The notes beneath the pieces are model-generated. The model had not been told where the DNA came from, did no database searches, and saw only the letters and a program-made list of their open reading frames with translations. Both the position numbers and the translations under genes were made by a program. Shown one piece after another: positions 26,378 through 38,812 of a stretch of DNA of 51,635 bases. Source of the stretch: Octopus sinensis (lineage: Eukaryota); contig NW_021833995.1 in the NCBI RefSeq assembly GCF_006345805.1, positions 1-51,635 on the forward strand, written 5' to 3'. Position 1 is the stretch's first letter. Each line of letters opens with the position of its first letter.

Positions 26378-26735
26378 CATGTATGTATATGTATATATAT
26401 ATACAAACGTATATGCGGGGAAGTATAAAGTTGCTCAGATATACATATGAACATACACGAAGTCTTAAACGTGCGTATGTATCTATCTGTTTGCCAGGCT
26501 GTCTGTCAACCTCTCTGGCAGTGTGTCTGTCTGCCTGTGTCTGTCTGTTGTCAGCGTCAGCGTGTGAGTGTGATTTGATATGACGCCTGTTTACAACTAA
26601 TGAAATTTGCAATGATAAGAAAACCGAGCGAACAGCGGAAAAGTTGTGCAAGTTGAAACAAGATGAAGAACGACAAATACCAAAAATAGTATTAAAAACA
26701 ATTATAAATGGAGTCGCTTTGCAAATATATATATA

Positions 26736-26771
<36 letters not shown>

Positions 26772-26970
26772 CGTCTGTTTATTGATATGTGCGTGTATTA
26801 TGTGTGTGTGTGTGTGTGGTGTGTGTGTGTGTGTGCGTGTGCCTGCGTGATATGTATGTGCCTGTTGTTTGTGTGGTGTCTGCGTGTGTGTGTGTGTGTG
26901 TGTGTGTGTTTGTGGGTGTCAAATAAGATATATCGACATTGAAATTTTGACAAAAAAATTTGCGAGAAAC

Positions 26971-27030
<60 letters not shown>

Positions 27031-27480
27031 CATTATCATCATCATCATCTTCACCACCATCATCATCATCACCATCATTATTATTAATATTATTATTAGT
27101 AGTAGTAGTACTGGTAGTAATGATAATGAGAAAAAATAGAAAAGGAAATAAAAGAAGAGAAGGAAGAAAGAGAAGAGAAGAAGAAAAAGAAGAAGATAAT
27201 GATGATGAAGAAGAAGGAGGAGGAGGAGGAGGAGAAGAAGAAGAAGAAGAAGGAGGAGGAGGAGAAGAAGAAGAAGAGAAGAAGAAGAAGAAGAAGATGA
27301 TGATGATGATGAAGAAGGAGGAGGAGGAGGAGAATAATAATAATAATAATAATAAGAAGAAGAAGAAGAAGAAGAAGAAGAAAAAGAAGAGAAAGAAGAA
27401 ATGGGCGAATAAGATTTAAAATAAGAAAAAGAAGACGAAGAAAAGAAGAAAGGAGAAAATGGAGGAGGGAAGAAGTAGGA
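26971..27480. repeat. Compound trinucleotide microsatellite (TAT, CAT, GAA, GGA, GAT, AAT)
   Basis: Direct reading. Confidence 0.9.
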
Positions 27481-27820
27481 AAACAACAAAATTTTTCCTA
27501 TATTTTCGTTTTTACACTTGAAATTTCTAAAATGAATTAAATACTAATAATAAGGAAACAAAAAATTCATAGGAAGAATTAAAAGATCTTAATGAAATTA
27601 ACTGGAAATAACATAAAGACTAATATTGGAAATTTAACGATTCCATTATTGTTTGTTAATTATTTTAATTCTGTTTGTTTGTTGGTTTGTTTTTTGATTT
27701 GTAATTGTTTGTAACAATTTTGCGATCTTTAATTTTTGCCCATCTTTCATTTTTGATGGGTAAAAGTCTCTCTCTCTTCCTTCCTTGCTTTCCTTCTTTC
27801 TTTCTTTCATTTTCTCTCAT

Positions 27821-27891
<71 letters not shown>

Positions 27892-27985
27892 CTTTGGCCT
27901 TCTCTCTCACCTTCTATATGTGTGTGCGTGTAGGTATGCGTGTGTATAATATATGCTTATATATATGTATATATATATATATATA

Positions 27986-28033
<48 letters not shown>

Positions 28034-28852
28034 GGTCCCGGGTTGATTCGGGGTTAACCACAGTAAATAAGGTACTCAATACATAGCGAGTAAAATTAAT
28101 TTATTATATAGAAGGACAAGTAGACAGATAAATGGACTTGCTGTCATAGCCAAGATCCTTGGGACCAGCGGTCAAGATAACAAAAGTAATAAATGAAGAT
28201 AATAAAATTAAAATTAGGAATGGGTCTGTATTTGTATGTATATATATATGTGTGTATGTGTAGGTATGTATAGGTACACATATGTATATATATATATATA
28301 ATATATATATATATATGTATGTATGTGTATGTATATATATGCGTGTATGTGTATATATGTGTATATAGGGACTAGTGTGCTGTGTGTGCATGTGTGTATG
28401 TGTGTATGTATATATATTTTTCTGTGTGTATATGTATGTGTGGTCGTGTGTGTATATATACATGTGTGTATACGTGTATGCATGTGAGTGAGTGTATGTA
28501 TATATATATATATGTGCATGTGTAGATATGTATATGTATGTGTATGTGTATATATATGTATATGTGTGTGTGCGTATGTATGTGTGTATGTATATATGTA
28601 TGTATGTGTGTGTATATATGTATACATATGTGTATAGGTATAAGTGAGAATCTCCTTATTTACCTAAAACTCTATTCTTTTTTATATATATTTTTTATTT
28701 TTTTATTTATTCTTTTATCTAATTTACCACTGACTCCTTGACCACTCCCCCAAGTATGATATTTTGCGCTATGCCTACCCCCAAAAAGTCCCCCACCACC
28801 ACCCCTTTAAACCTGCCTAAATGTATAAATGCCAATACAATTCTTGTTAACT

Positions 28853-28904
28853 AGCTTCCTGAAGATTTCTCTTGAATGAAACAGTTCTAGTCCTGTAGAA
28901 GCTC
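28853..28904 (+). ncRNA. Type I hammerhead ribozyme motif (monomeric stem III)
   Basis: AGCTTC-CTGAAGA-T-TTTC(TCTT)GAAT-GAAA-CAG(TTCTAGTC)CTG-TA-GAAGCT: stem I 6 bp, stem III 4 bp, GUA triplet, weak stem II with a U-U closing pair. Confidence 0.65.
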
Positions 28905-28914
28905 CTTCTATATA

Positions 28915-28954
<40 letters not shown>

Positions 28955-29169
28955 GTATGTATGTATGTGTGTGTGTGTGCGTGGATCTCACTGCTAACAA
29001 CACCATGTGACACTTTGACCAGTACAGCCGGATTTCCGGTAGCCATCATCGACTTCCTGCATCGTCACCATTCGGTTTACTGTGCCTGACGATCTAGGTT
29101 TCTGTAATAGTTAACTAATTTTAAAATCACACAGGACTAAAGGCTCTCATGTGTATGCGTTGATACAGT

Positions 29170-29645
29170 AATAGGCAGTGGCTCTCATAGCTTCTAATCT
29201 TAATTGATTGGAAGGGCGATCATGTACATGTTCAGTAAAAATAGGCTACAGCAAATATTCTGCTCAATGCTGCAGATTTGTCAATTAGTGGCTGACAATA
29301 CGTGCATCTCTTAATCACGAGCAGAAGTAGTTAGAGAGCATCATAGTCAGGAATTCTTTGGATTTTAATAATTCATATCTGGAAACGTGGGTGTGTTTTT
29401 TCACCATCCGTAAACAAACCTTATTCAGGAACCTTCTGAGCGGGGTGTGCTACACGACCTGAAGAAAATTCTAACTGAGTCTCCACCTGTGCTGTTTATC
29501 CTATCCATGCCGCACACATATGGTTGTGATGTATATGGGTGGTGTCCCCCTATCAGACAGGTAATCGTGATGGGTATTTTGGGTTTTGTATATATGTACC
29601 TCAATGTCATTTTGAAGGCATGCATTGCTCTCTCACCCCACAAAA
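29170..29645 (+). mobile_element. Diverged, internally deleted copy of the ~550-bp repeat
   Basis: ggcagtggctctcatagcttct...gcatgcattgctctctcacc aligns with 29901-30446. Confidence 0.75.
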
Positions 29646-29661
29646 ATAATCATGATAATCT

Positions 29662-29848
29662 TTTCTCCTAAATTTTCGGGAAGGGGTTAAGATGATAACA
29701 TTGACCCCAATATTCAACTCATAATTAATTTATCGACCCCGAAAGAATGCAAAGCGAAGCAGACCTCGGTGGGATTTGATCTCAGAGCATAAAGACAGAC
29801 GAAATGAGGCTAAGCATTTTACTAACGGTTCTGCCTGCTCACCGCTTT
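29662..29848 (-). mobile_element. tRNA-derived SINE (family 1), diverged
   Basis: Reverse complement aaagcggtgagcaggcagaaccgttag...gagatcaaatcccaccgaggtc...ggggtcgataaa. Confidence 0.7.
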
Positions 29849-29849
29849 C

Positions 29850-29900
<51 letters not shown>

Positions 29901-29903
<3 letters not shown>

Positions 29904-30446
29904 GCCCTGATGCAGTACCAGACAGTGGCTCTCATAGCTTCTCATCTTAACTGATTGGAAGTGTTATCGTGTACATTGTTTTGTCTTGCTATAAAAGATG
30001 GGCTACAGCAAATATTCTGCTCAATACCACAGATTTGCTTGTCAGTTGTTTGACCGTAACCAGCTGACCGATTGACGATATGTGCATCTCTGTCCACGAG
30101 CAGAAGTACTGGGGGAGCATCATAGCCGTGTGTTGAAAGGAATTCTTGGAGGTTTGGATAATTCACCTTTGGAAACATGGGTGTTTCGTTCATCAACCTA
30201 AAACAAACCTTATTCAGGGACCTTTTGAACGGGATGGGTTACTCGACCTGAAGAAAATTCTAACTGGGCCCTATCTGCAAGGCTATGCGCTGTTTATCTT
30301 GATATAAGATCACCATGTTGCGCACATATGGTTGTGATGCATGTGCCTGGTGTACCCTTATCAGACAGGTAGTCATGACGGGTATACTGGGCTTCGTATA
30401 TTTTTACCCCAGTGTCACTTTGATGGCATGCACTCTCCTCTCACTC
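29901..30446 (+). mobile_element. Unclassified ~550-bp (AAT)n-flanked interspersed repeat, full length
   Basis: (AAT)n-aatgccctgatgcagtacc...cactctcctctcactc-(AAT)n. Confidence 0.85.
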
Positions 30447-30491
30447 AATAATGATAATGATAATAATAATGATAATGATAATAATAATAAC

Positions 30492-30551
<60 letters not shown>

Positions 30552-31651
30552 TATAATAATAATAATAATATATATACGCGTGTGTGTATGTGTATACATA
30601 CAAATTCATATATATACATATGTGTGCACCGTGTGCATCTGTGTGATGTCGGTGTTTTGCGCGTGCGTATCAAATTACGCATCAAGATACACTCGTCTCT
30701 ACTTCTCTACGAATATACAACGCCATCTTTTATTAAGAATTCGCCTTTTATTTTTAGTCATTCTCTAAATATTCCATGAAAAAGAGATGAACATATTTCT
30801 CGTTACAAAATGTTTTTGTTACTCGTATATTTTAGTTTTCTCCTGTCATTTATCACTATAATGCCAAGCGTCATTTCATACAAACCATAAGTGTGTTGGT
30901 ATTTGTGGAGGCAGCTGGTCAAGTGGAGGGTATTGTCTCTATTTGTAAACCACGTTCGGCTCTCGACGATTTGTCTTGTTAGCTTTTGAACATTGGCATC
31001 TCAGTCGTTACTTAGTCGTAGCCAATCCTGATTTAGCATTATGTACCTACAAGCAAGCTTTCTAGTTATGTTGCGCAGGTGAAACGCTTAGAGCTATGGC
31101 TCTCAACCGATCAACCGACGGCCGTCTCACTCTTGGAGGTCCATATAAGATTTTGTGATTAAGATTTATGTGCAATAAAATATTTCAAGATTTTTAAATA
31201 GAATTCCTAATATTTAATTATATATAAAAAAAAGCAAGAGACTCCTTTTAAACATCGAATGGCTATGAATGTCTAGTGGAGTACAATAGGAATCAGCGGG
31301 TCAACAGAGGAAAGGCAGTTGTGAATCACTGATTTAGAGAATTGATTTGATACTGCTTGATTCGTAAATGAGAAATGGAAGAACACCCGGAAAAATTTGC
31401 ACCGAATAAATCTATGCATAGATATTGTCATATCAAAATTCCACAATTACTTGATATTCAATTTTATTTATTCATTCCAATTATGAATGTTTAATAATTG
31501 AATTCTGTGAGTTAAAAATCACCCTTTTTCTCAACATTTGTCTATTTATTAGCGAAGTCTCATATAAAATAATTTTTTGTTTTAATCTTGGAATTAACAT
31601 GGTTTTGATTTACTGTCCAGTGGCCTTTAACCAACCCTATATATATACATA

Positions 31652-31796
31652 TGGCAAGGAATTTTGTCAGTGAATGGTTCGCGCTCTCAAAGCGACGAAA
31701 ATATTTTGGCAAATTAAATTTAGATATTGAAGTGAATCTAACGGTTTGTGTGCGCTTCTTAAATGGCATATAAACACCTTCCATGCTGCAATTGTT
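31652..31796 (+). mobile_element. Second, diverged copy of the 6.3-6.6 kb PLE-type repeat
   Basis: attttgtcagtgaa...gcgacgaaaatattttggcaaattaaattt...tgcaattgt aligns with 6456-6589 and is followed by (TA)n. Confidence 0.7.
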
Positions 31797-31813
31797 ATAT
31801 ATATACTATATAT

Positions 31814-31904
<91 letters not shown>

Positions 31905-31939
31905 CATACATATATTTATATTTATTATTTATAGAGAGA

Positions 31940-32150
31940 GACGTGTATGTGTGTGGCTTTGTATCTGTGTTTGTTCCTCACCAGTGCTGGACGACCTCGT
32001 CGTAACTTAGCGATTTGGCAAATAGGAACTGATGGAATTAGTACCAGACTAAAAAGAAGTAGGTACTGGAGTTGATACGTTAGGGTAAAATTCTTCAAGG
32101 TGGGGGCCACAGAATCGCCGCAGTTTAGTGATTGAAACAAGTAAAAGATA
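31940..32150 (+). mobile_element. Diverged 3' half of SINE family 2
   Basis: cgtaacttagcgatttggcaaa...gattgaaacaagtaaaagata matches the 3' half of 8506-8937. Confidence 0.6.
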
Positions 32151-32892
32151 AAAAAAAAAATAAAAAGATAACATACCGCGGTCGATTAAATCGATGATAT
32201 CCTTCCTTTGATCATGTAACACAGTCAGTAGCAGTAGCATAGCAGCAGCAGCAGAAACAGTATTAGTATTAGAAGCAGCAGTAGTAACAGTCGTAGTAGT
32301 AGTTTTGAGAAAGGTATTGACAGTGTCTCGACGATTTCTGTCAGTTACATATTAGGACAGCAAAAAAGTTATATAACGTTCTTTTAAACTCTAAAAAAAA
32401 AAGACCTAATAAAATGAAAATTCTTTCCAATAATTGAGTCGATCTAATGAATTCGATGGTATTGGCGTAATTGCATGGTTGAGTGGAGCAAGCAATCAAT
32501 CCGCATTCATTATTTCTTATTTCTAAAATCCTAAAACTGACAAGCAATTTGAATTTAAATCAGTGTACTTTTCCGGTCGAAATGATAAAGCATATCATAA
32601 ATACGGATCGATAGAACAAGTTCTAACCAAAATATAAATGACACAAGACGACTAATTCAGGAAGTAAGCAACATTTATCATCCTTTGTGGTTGCGTCTTC
32701 TTTTGAAAACGTTAAATGGGATGTTTTAATACAAGATAATCTTGACGGTTATACGAATGATGATGGTATGTTTAAATACTAATATAAACCGGTGCGGATA
32801 TGTAGAGCTATGCTTTAATTCGAAGACAGCAGTTTCGAATTTCGCAACTGGTATTTCTCAAGGAATTTCATCAAGGAAATTATCTCATATTT

Positions 32893-32981
<89 letters not shown>

Positions 32982-33000
32982 TAATAATAATAATAATAAA

Positions 33001-35554
33001 GACGTACAACATAAATGCAGACTGGATTATACAACTGAAGGATCCTACCAAAATTACAACAACAAGCATGGGAAGACATCACAATAGCAGACCTAAGAAA
33101 GGCACTCACGAAGGCCCATAATTGGAAATCCCCCGTAAAGATAGGGTGCCGAATTTCTGGCTCGCATCGCTCCCGTGCGCACACGGTAAGCTAGTTCAGC
33201 TGCTCAATGGAATTTTGAGAGACCCAAAAAAACACCTGAATGGTTAGCAAGTGCATTACTTACCTACTCCCAAAGAATAACGAAACCAACCTTCCAAAAA
33301 ACTATCGGCCTATAACCTGTCTATCCACCACGTATAAAATCCTAACATCTATCCTGGCGGAGAAAACATATGCATTCATGGAGAAGAACGATATTTTCCC
33401 CATTGAACAAAAAGGGTGCCGCCGAGGCTCTTACGGATGCAAAGATCAACTGCTAATCAATCGTATGATCCTTGAGAACTGTCACAACAAGCGCAGAAAT
33501 CTCAGCACCGCATGGATTGACTATAAAAAGGCCTTCGACAGTATACCGCATCCATGGATCTTGAGATCGCTGGACATCTTTAAAATTCCCCTGTGATTTC
33601 AAACTTCCTGAAGCACAATATGTCGTTGTGGAATACGAATCTCCAATTATACCACTCTAATGGAGTACTTGCCTCAGAAAATATAAACATCAACTGTGGA
33701 ATTTTTCAAGGTGACTCACTTTCACCTTTAATATTCTGCATAGCCCTAATACCCCTTACAAGTGAATTAAACAGAACAGGGTATGGGTAAAATTGCCAAT
33801 AAAAAAATAAGCCATCTATTTTATATGGATGACTTAAAACTTTATGGTAAAGACAATAATGAACTTGAAGGCCTATTGCGCACCGTGAAAGCATTCAGCG
33901 ATGACATCGGGATGGAGTTTGGACTTGAGAAGTGTGCCAAGGCCACTTTCCAGAAAGGGAAAGTGAAGACCACAAATTCAGTCGTGTTAGATGTTGACAC
34001 AGTCATAAGAGAGCTTGAGCAAGAACAGACATACAAATATTTAGGGATAAATGAAGGCTCTGGTATTCGCATGCAAGCATGAAAGAGAAAATCAGGAAGG
34101 ATGTTATAGGAGAGTTCGTGCAGTCCTGAAATCTGAACTAAATGCACGTAACAAGGTGTTAGCTATAAATTCCTTAGCAGTTCCAGTTGTTACTTATAGC
34201 TACAATGTGTTGAACTGGATATGAGTGAAGTAAAGAATATAGATAGAAAAATACGCAAGCTGCTGAGTTGTAATAGGATGCACCACCCAAGGCAGACGTA
34301 GATCGCCTTTACCTTCCCAGAGCCCAGGAGGTCGAGGCCTGATCCAATTTGAACTAGCTTACAAAACAACCACAATTGGACTGGCCAAATATCTCGAAAT
34401 ATCGAATGACTGGATGCTAAAGCTCGTGGAAAATCACGAGAGACGAAAGAAGCTTCATTCTATCATCAAGGAAAGCAAACAACTTGCTATTGATCTCGTG
34501 CAGGATACCCAAACTGAACAACCCGAGGGAAGTACGGCAACTATTGTTGCAAAGAAGGTGAAAATGATGGCAATGAAAAAAGCGCACGAGCAATTGGCTG
34601 ATAGGTGGGAGAAAACCTCTGCACGGCAAATATGTGACCTGCAGCAAACAAGCTGATGTTGACCAGAAGCAAACCCATCAGTGGCTACGGAGCTCAGGGC
34701 TAAAAGCAGAGAGCGAAGGTTTCATCCTGGCTGCTCAAGACCAAGCCTATTAACCCGGAACTACCAGGTCAATGTGATGAAAAATGGAGCAGACCCAAAA
34801 TGCCGATTCTGCAACGACATGACTGAAACAACAGTGGACCACCTAATCTCTGGATGTAAAGTCTTAGCACCAGTGGAGTATAAATTAAGACATGACAGAG
34901 TTGGCCAATATCTCCACTGGCTAATAAGTCGGCATTACAATATCAAAACTGCCGACAAGTGGTATAATCACCACCCTGAGGCTGTAACTGAAGGAGAAAA
35001 TGTAACCATTCTGTGGGACTTTCCAGTACATACAGACCGAACCATCAAGGCCAATAAACCAGATATTGTTGTGAAAGACCAAAACAATAAAGTTTGCTTA
35101 TTGATCGACATGAGCATCCCCTGTGATCATAATATCTCAGCGAAAGAGTTTGACAAGCTCAGAAAGTATAAAGACCTACTCATTGAAATTGAGAAAATGT
35201 GGCATCTCAAGGCGGTTACAATACCAGTGATCGTAGGAGCACTAGGAATGATCAAGAAGGGACCCGAAAATTATATGAGAATGATCCCTGGCTTACCATC
35301 CCTGCAAGAAGTGCAAAAGATTGTCTTAACTGGTACATCACACGTATTGAGAAGAGCATTGTCGATGTGAGAACTGTTGCTGCTCATGTATTTTAATTTA
35401 ACTTTAAAAAAAAAATTTTTTTTTAATTTAAAAAATGAACGAACTACTGAGTTTGGTTTAATGGCCTACCAATATACACTATGAGTTTCTTTGCCCTAGG
35501 AGTCGGGAAGACACTCGGCAAGAGATGGAAGAAAATTTGAAAGAAGAAAAAAAA
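33001..35554 (+). mobile_element. R4/Dong-like RLE non-LTR retrotransposon (family A), 5'-truncated, frameshifted
   Basis: RT motifs NYRPITCL, WIDYKKAFDSIPH, GIFQGDSLSPLIF, YMDDLKLY; CCHC CRFCN...HLISGC; RLE KPDIV...LLID; 3' UTR; (AAT)n on both sides (32895-33000 and 35575-35700). Confidence 0.93.
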
Positions 35555-35626
35555 TAAAAATAAAAAAAATAAAATAATAATAATAATAATAATAGTAATG
35601 ATAATAATAATAATATAATAATAATA

Positions 35627-35688
<62 letters not shown>

Positions 35689-35700
35689 TAATAATAATAA

Positions 35701-36024
35701 ATGCCCTGATGCAGTACCAGGCAGTGGCTCTCGTGGCTTCTCATCTTAACTGAATGGAAGTGTTATCATATACATTGTTTTGTCTTAGTATAAAAGATGG
35801 GCTACAGCAAATATTCTGCTCAACACTACAGTTTTGCTTGTCAGTTGTTTCACCTTAACCAGTTGAGTATGTCCATTACGTGGCTGACGATATGTGCATC
35901 TCTGATCACGATCAGAAGCTGTAGTGGGGGAGCATCATAGCCATGTGTTGAGAGGGATTCTTTGGGGTTTGAATAATTCACCTCCTGGAAACATGGGTGT
36001 TTCATTCACCATATTAAACAACCC
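35701..36024 (+). mobile_element. 5' part of the ~550-bp repeat
   Basis: Starts atgccctgatgcagtaccaggcag directly after the LINE (AAT)n tail; truncated at aaacaaccct. Confidence 0.8.
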
Positions 36025-36365
36025 TCAGAAAAGGACAAAGCAACCATAGTCTGGAATAATCACAGAGAGTGACATCAAATCTAATAGACTGTATATAGTT
36101 GTCAGAGATTATAAAGAAAAAATGCCTTCTAATCGATGTATCAATTGAAGAGATGATTATGTGTTTCTAGAAGAAACGAATAAACTCTCAAAGTACAAAA
36201 CTCTGGAGATAGTTATAACCCGAATGTGAAGTCTAAAAACAGCAACAACTGCTATAATATTAGGTGCATTAGACATGATTAAGAAACACACGGGCAGATA
36301 CATAAGAAAAGAAGAAAAAAACAGGGATTACGAATATATATGAGACAGAAAATAGCGCCACTATG
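36025..36365 (+). mobile_element. Decayed RLE-domain fragment of a family-B-like LINE
   Basis: With frameshifts reads DIKSNR...VVRDYKEK.CLLIDVSI...KLSKYKTLEIVITRM*SLKT...IILGALDMIKK. Confidence 0.7.
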
Positions 36366-37303
36366 CATCATAAAGCCCTTTCAATATAGTGAAAATAACA
36401 TTAAAATGAATTACAGCATGTAGCGAAGGTACACCGAGATCCGTTCGGAAGTACAGGGAAAACACGTGAGAAAAATTGAATAATGACTGTTGAATAATGA
36501 TAATAATATGCGTTACACAGTTCGGTGACCTTTCTGGGTTCCAGAAAATACAAACCAACGAATATAAATATCCAGGAATATAAGAGAAAATTTATGGAAA
36601 TGAGAATCATGTTGAGATGATTGAAACGGAAATGGTTGTCACGAAGAATGTTATGGGAATAACAGAGTTTATCCGTAGAAATGCCATTGGAGATTTGAAG
36701 AATTGTTACCAAATGTTTTACGTGGTATAGAAAAAAAAAAGAAAGAAAAAGCAAAAGGAACCATGTCAACATTTAATATTAATTTAAATTAATCTTTGCA
36801 AGGCTATCAATGAAAAAGTTCTCGGAGTCAAAGACAGGCACCTTTGTTATCTTCTATGGTAAATTCTCTCAATGAGAGAAATACCAACAAACCATATTAG
36901 AAACGTATTTTTTTTTATAGAAGCAGAAATTAATTAAAATATTATTTATAGTCATTTCAGCAACGTGTTTTCCAAATTGAGAAAATGAGATAGTAAAAAC
37001 TGAATGGAGTAACAATCTGGATATGAAACGCATACAAAAGAAAAATATTATAGTTCACGTTACAAAAGAAAAACCTTCACATGTTCATGACGTACAAAAT
37101 GTTGCTTACTAAGGGAGTCTAACAGATGAGTGAGAATGTAATAGTTTCTGTATAGTTATTGCTACAGGAAATTCCGTGCATACAACAAAAAAACTGTATT
37201 TGGAAGTTACGAAACTTGGTGAAATACACAATACAATGTTATATCAATAACGACTGGGAAGACATGTTACGTAATGTGCCAATATGTGTTTCTGTATACA
37301 GTG

Positions 37304-37305
<2 letters not shown>

Positions 37306-37347
<42 letters not shown>

Positions 37348-37406
37348 AAGAAAGAAACGGGAAGGGAGAGAGAGAGAAAGAGAGAGTTAACTAGCTAGAT
37401 AGTTAC

Positions 37407-37480
<74 letters not shown>

Positions 37481-37490
37481 GGGTAGATAA

Positions 37491-37549
<59 letters not shown>

Positions 37550-37558
37550 TAGATAGAT

Positions 37559-37591
<33 letters not shown>

Positions 37592-37600
37592 TAGATAGAT

Positions 37601-37648
<48 letters not shown>

Positions 37649-37665
37649 TTAGATAGATAGGTAGG

Positions 37666-37697
<32 letters not shown>

Positions 37698-37806
37698 CAG
37701 CGAGATAGGTAGGTAGGTAACTAGCTAGGTAGGTAGATAGATAGATAGGTAGCTAGCTAGCTAGATAGGTAGATAGATAGATAGATAAATAGATAGATAG
37801 ATAGAT

Positions 37807-37843
<37 letters not shown>

Positions 37844-37852
37844 CAGACAGAC
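37306..37852. repeat. (GA)n followed by (TAGA)n microsatellite
   Basis: Direct reading. Confidence 0.95.
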
Positions 37853-38128
37853 ATGAAATGTATACATTTCTCATACTACAAATTGCGCACCCGCCCACCG
37901 CCTGTGAAATTCACCCTTGGCTGATGCAGACTTCCAGAGTAGACTAAATGTTTGATACATGAAAAACAAACACGCACTCTACCTAACCTATTGAGTTCTA
38001 TATCAGACAATTCTTACACTATATCATGTATTTATGCACACACACACACACACAACACACACACACACATACGTATATATATATATATAAATGAAAGAAA
38101 GGAGTCGAACGAAGATGTTAACAAAATT

Positions 38129-38221
38129 CCTTTACTCTCGACATATGTTTCGAAGACAGCATATTTTCATTCCAAAGGAATAAAGGGTGCATTATGCAAT
38201 CTTCTCATCAGGAAAGAAAGG
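38129..38221 (-). ncRNA. Type I hammerhead ribozyme with canonical core (PLE-type palindromic stem III)
   Basis: Minus strand CCTTTCTTTC-CTGATGA-GAAGATtGCATA(29 nt)TATGCtGTCTTC-GAAA-CATATG-TC-GAGAG(T)AAAGG; GUC triplet at 38142-38140. Confidence 0.8.
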
Positions 38222-38293
38222 GAGCCTCTCTCGACAACAAGACAAACAAAATTTTTTGTTTGTCTTGTTATCGAGAGAGGCTCCCTTTCTTTC
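38212..38293. repeat. 82-nt near-perfect palindrome
   Basis: 40-bp arms (38212-38251 and 38254-38293) with one mismatch and a 2-nt spacer. Confidence 0.9.
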
Positions 38294-38574
38294 ATTTATT
38301 CATATACAACACACAAATTTCTGCACATGAACCCGGAGTTTCTACCCTTGACAGGTCGCTTCAACCGTGTTTCTGACGTGAATTTGCTACCCAGGTTTCG
38401 GTTAAACGAACTTTCCATGCTGACGATAAACATAGGATAATTCATTCACCTACTTATATATATATATATATTCCTCCCACCCAAAGAAACGAAGAAGAAA
38501 CACAAGAAAAAAAGAACAACAACGCAAGGACGTGGTACATGCAAAGTATTAACAGACGCCCCAGGAAAGAAAGG

Positions 38575-38612
38575 TAGTTTTACGTTTCGAGCAAAACTCT
38601 TCTTCAGAAGCA
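38575..38612 (-). ncRNA. Minimal PLE-type hammerhead-like motif
   Basis: Minus strand CTGAAGA-A-GAG(TTTTG)CTC-GAAA-CG-TA; stem I only ~2 bp. Confidence 0.4.
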
Positions 38613-38775
38613 GGAGACTGAGGTAAGTCCAAGGAAAAAGGAAGATGGAGGGAAAAAGTCGCCAACCTTCCATATGTAGTTACATATGAATATCAAGCAG
38701 AAGCAACAGAGTAACTCAAGGTCCGCGAGGTGTAGGAACAGCATGCAGGTGTCTTAGTGAACATTCAGTAAGAGT

Positions 38776-38812
38776 ATTTTATGTTTCGAGCCTACGCTCT
38801 TCGACAGAAAGG
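38776..38812 (-). ncRNA. Degenerate minimal PLE-type hammerhead-like motif
   Basis: Minus strand CTGTCGA-A-GAGC(GTAG)GCTC-GAAA-CATA; A6 substituted and stem III mismatched. Confidence 0.35.

Noticed and set aside
29901-29970. HDV-like ribozyme at the 5' end of the 550-bp element
   Set aside because: Only a simple TGCC-TG/CA-GGCA hairpin was found; the nested double pseudoknot could not be fitted by eye.
31079-31158. Possible terminal exon followed by AATAAA at 31174
   Set aside because: Weak acceptor, two frames equally open and no homology cue.
36401-36772. 123-aa hydrophobic ORF as a membrane protein
   Set aside because: The listed peptide actually reads from the minus strand although labelled +. 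Its hydrophobicity follows from the A-rich plus strand, and it overlaps a repeat remnant.
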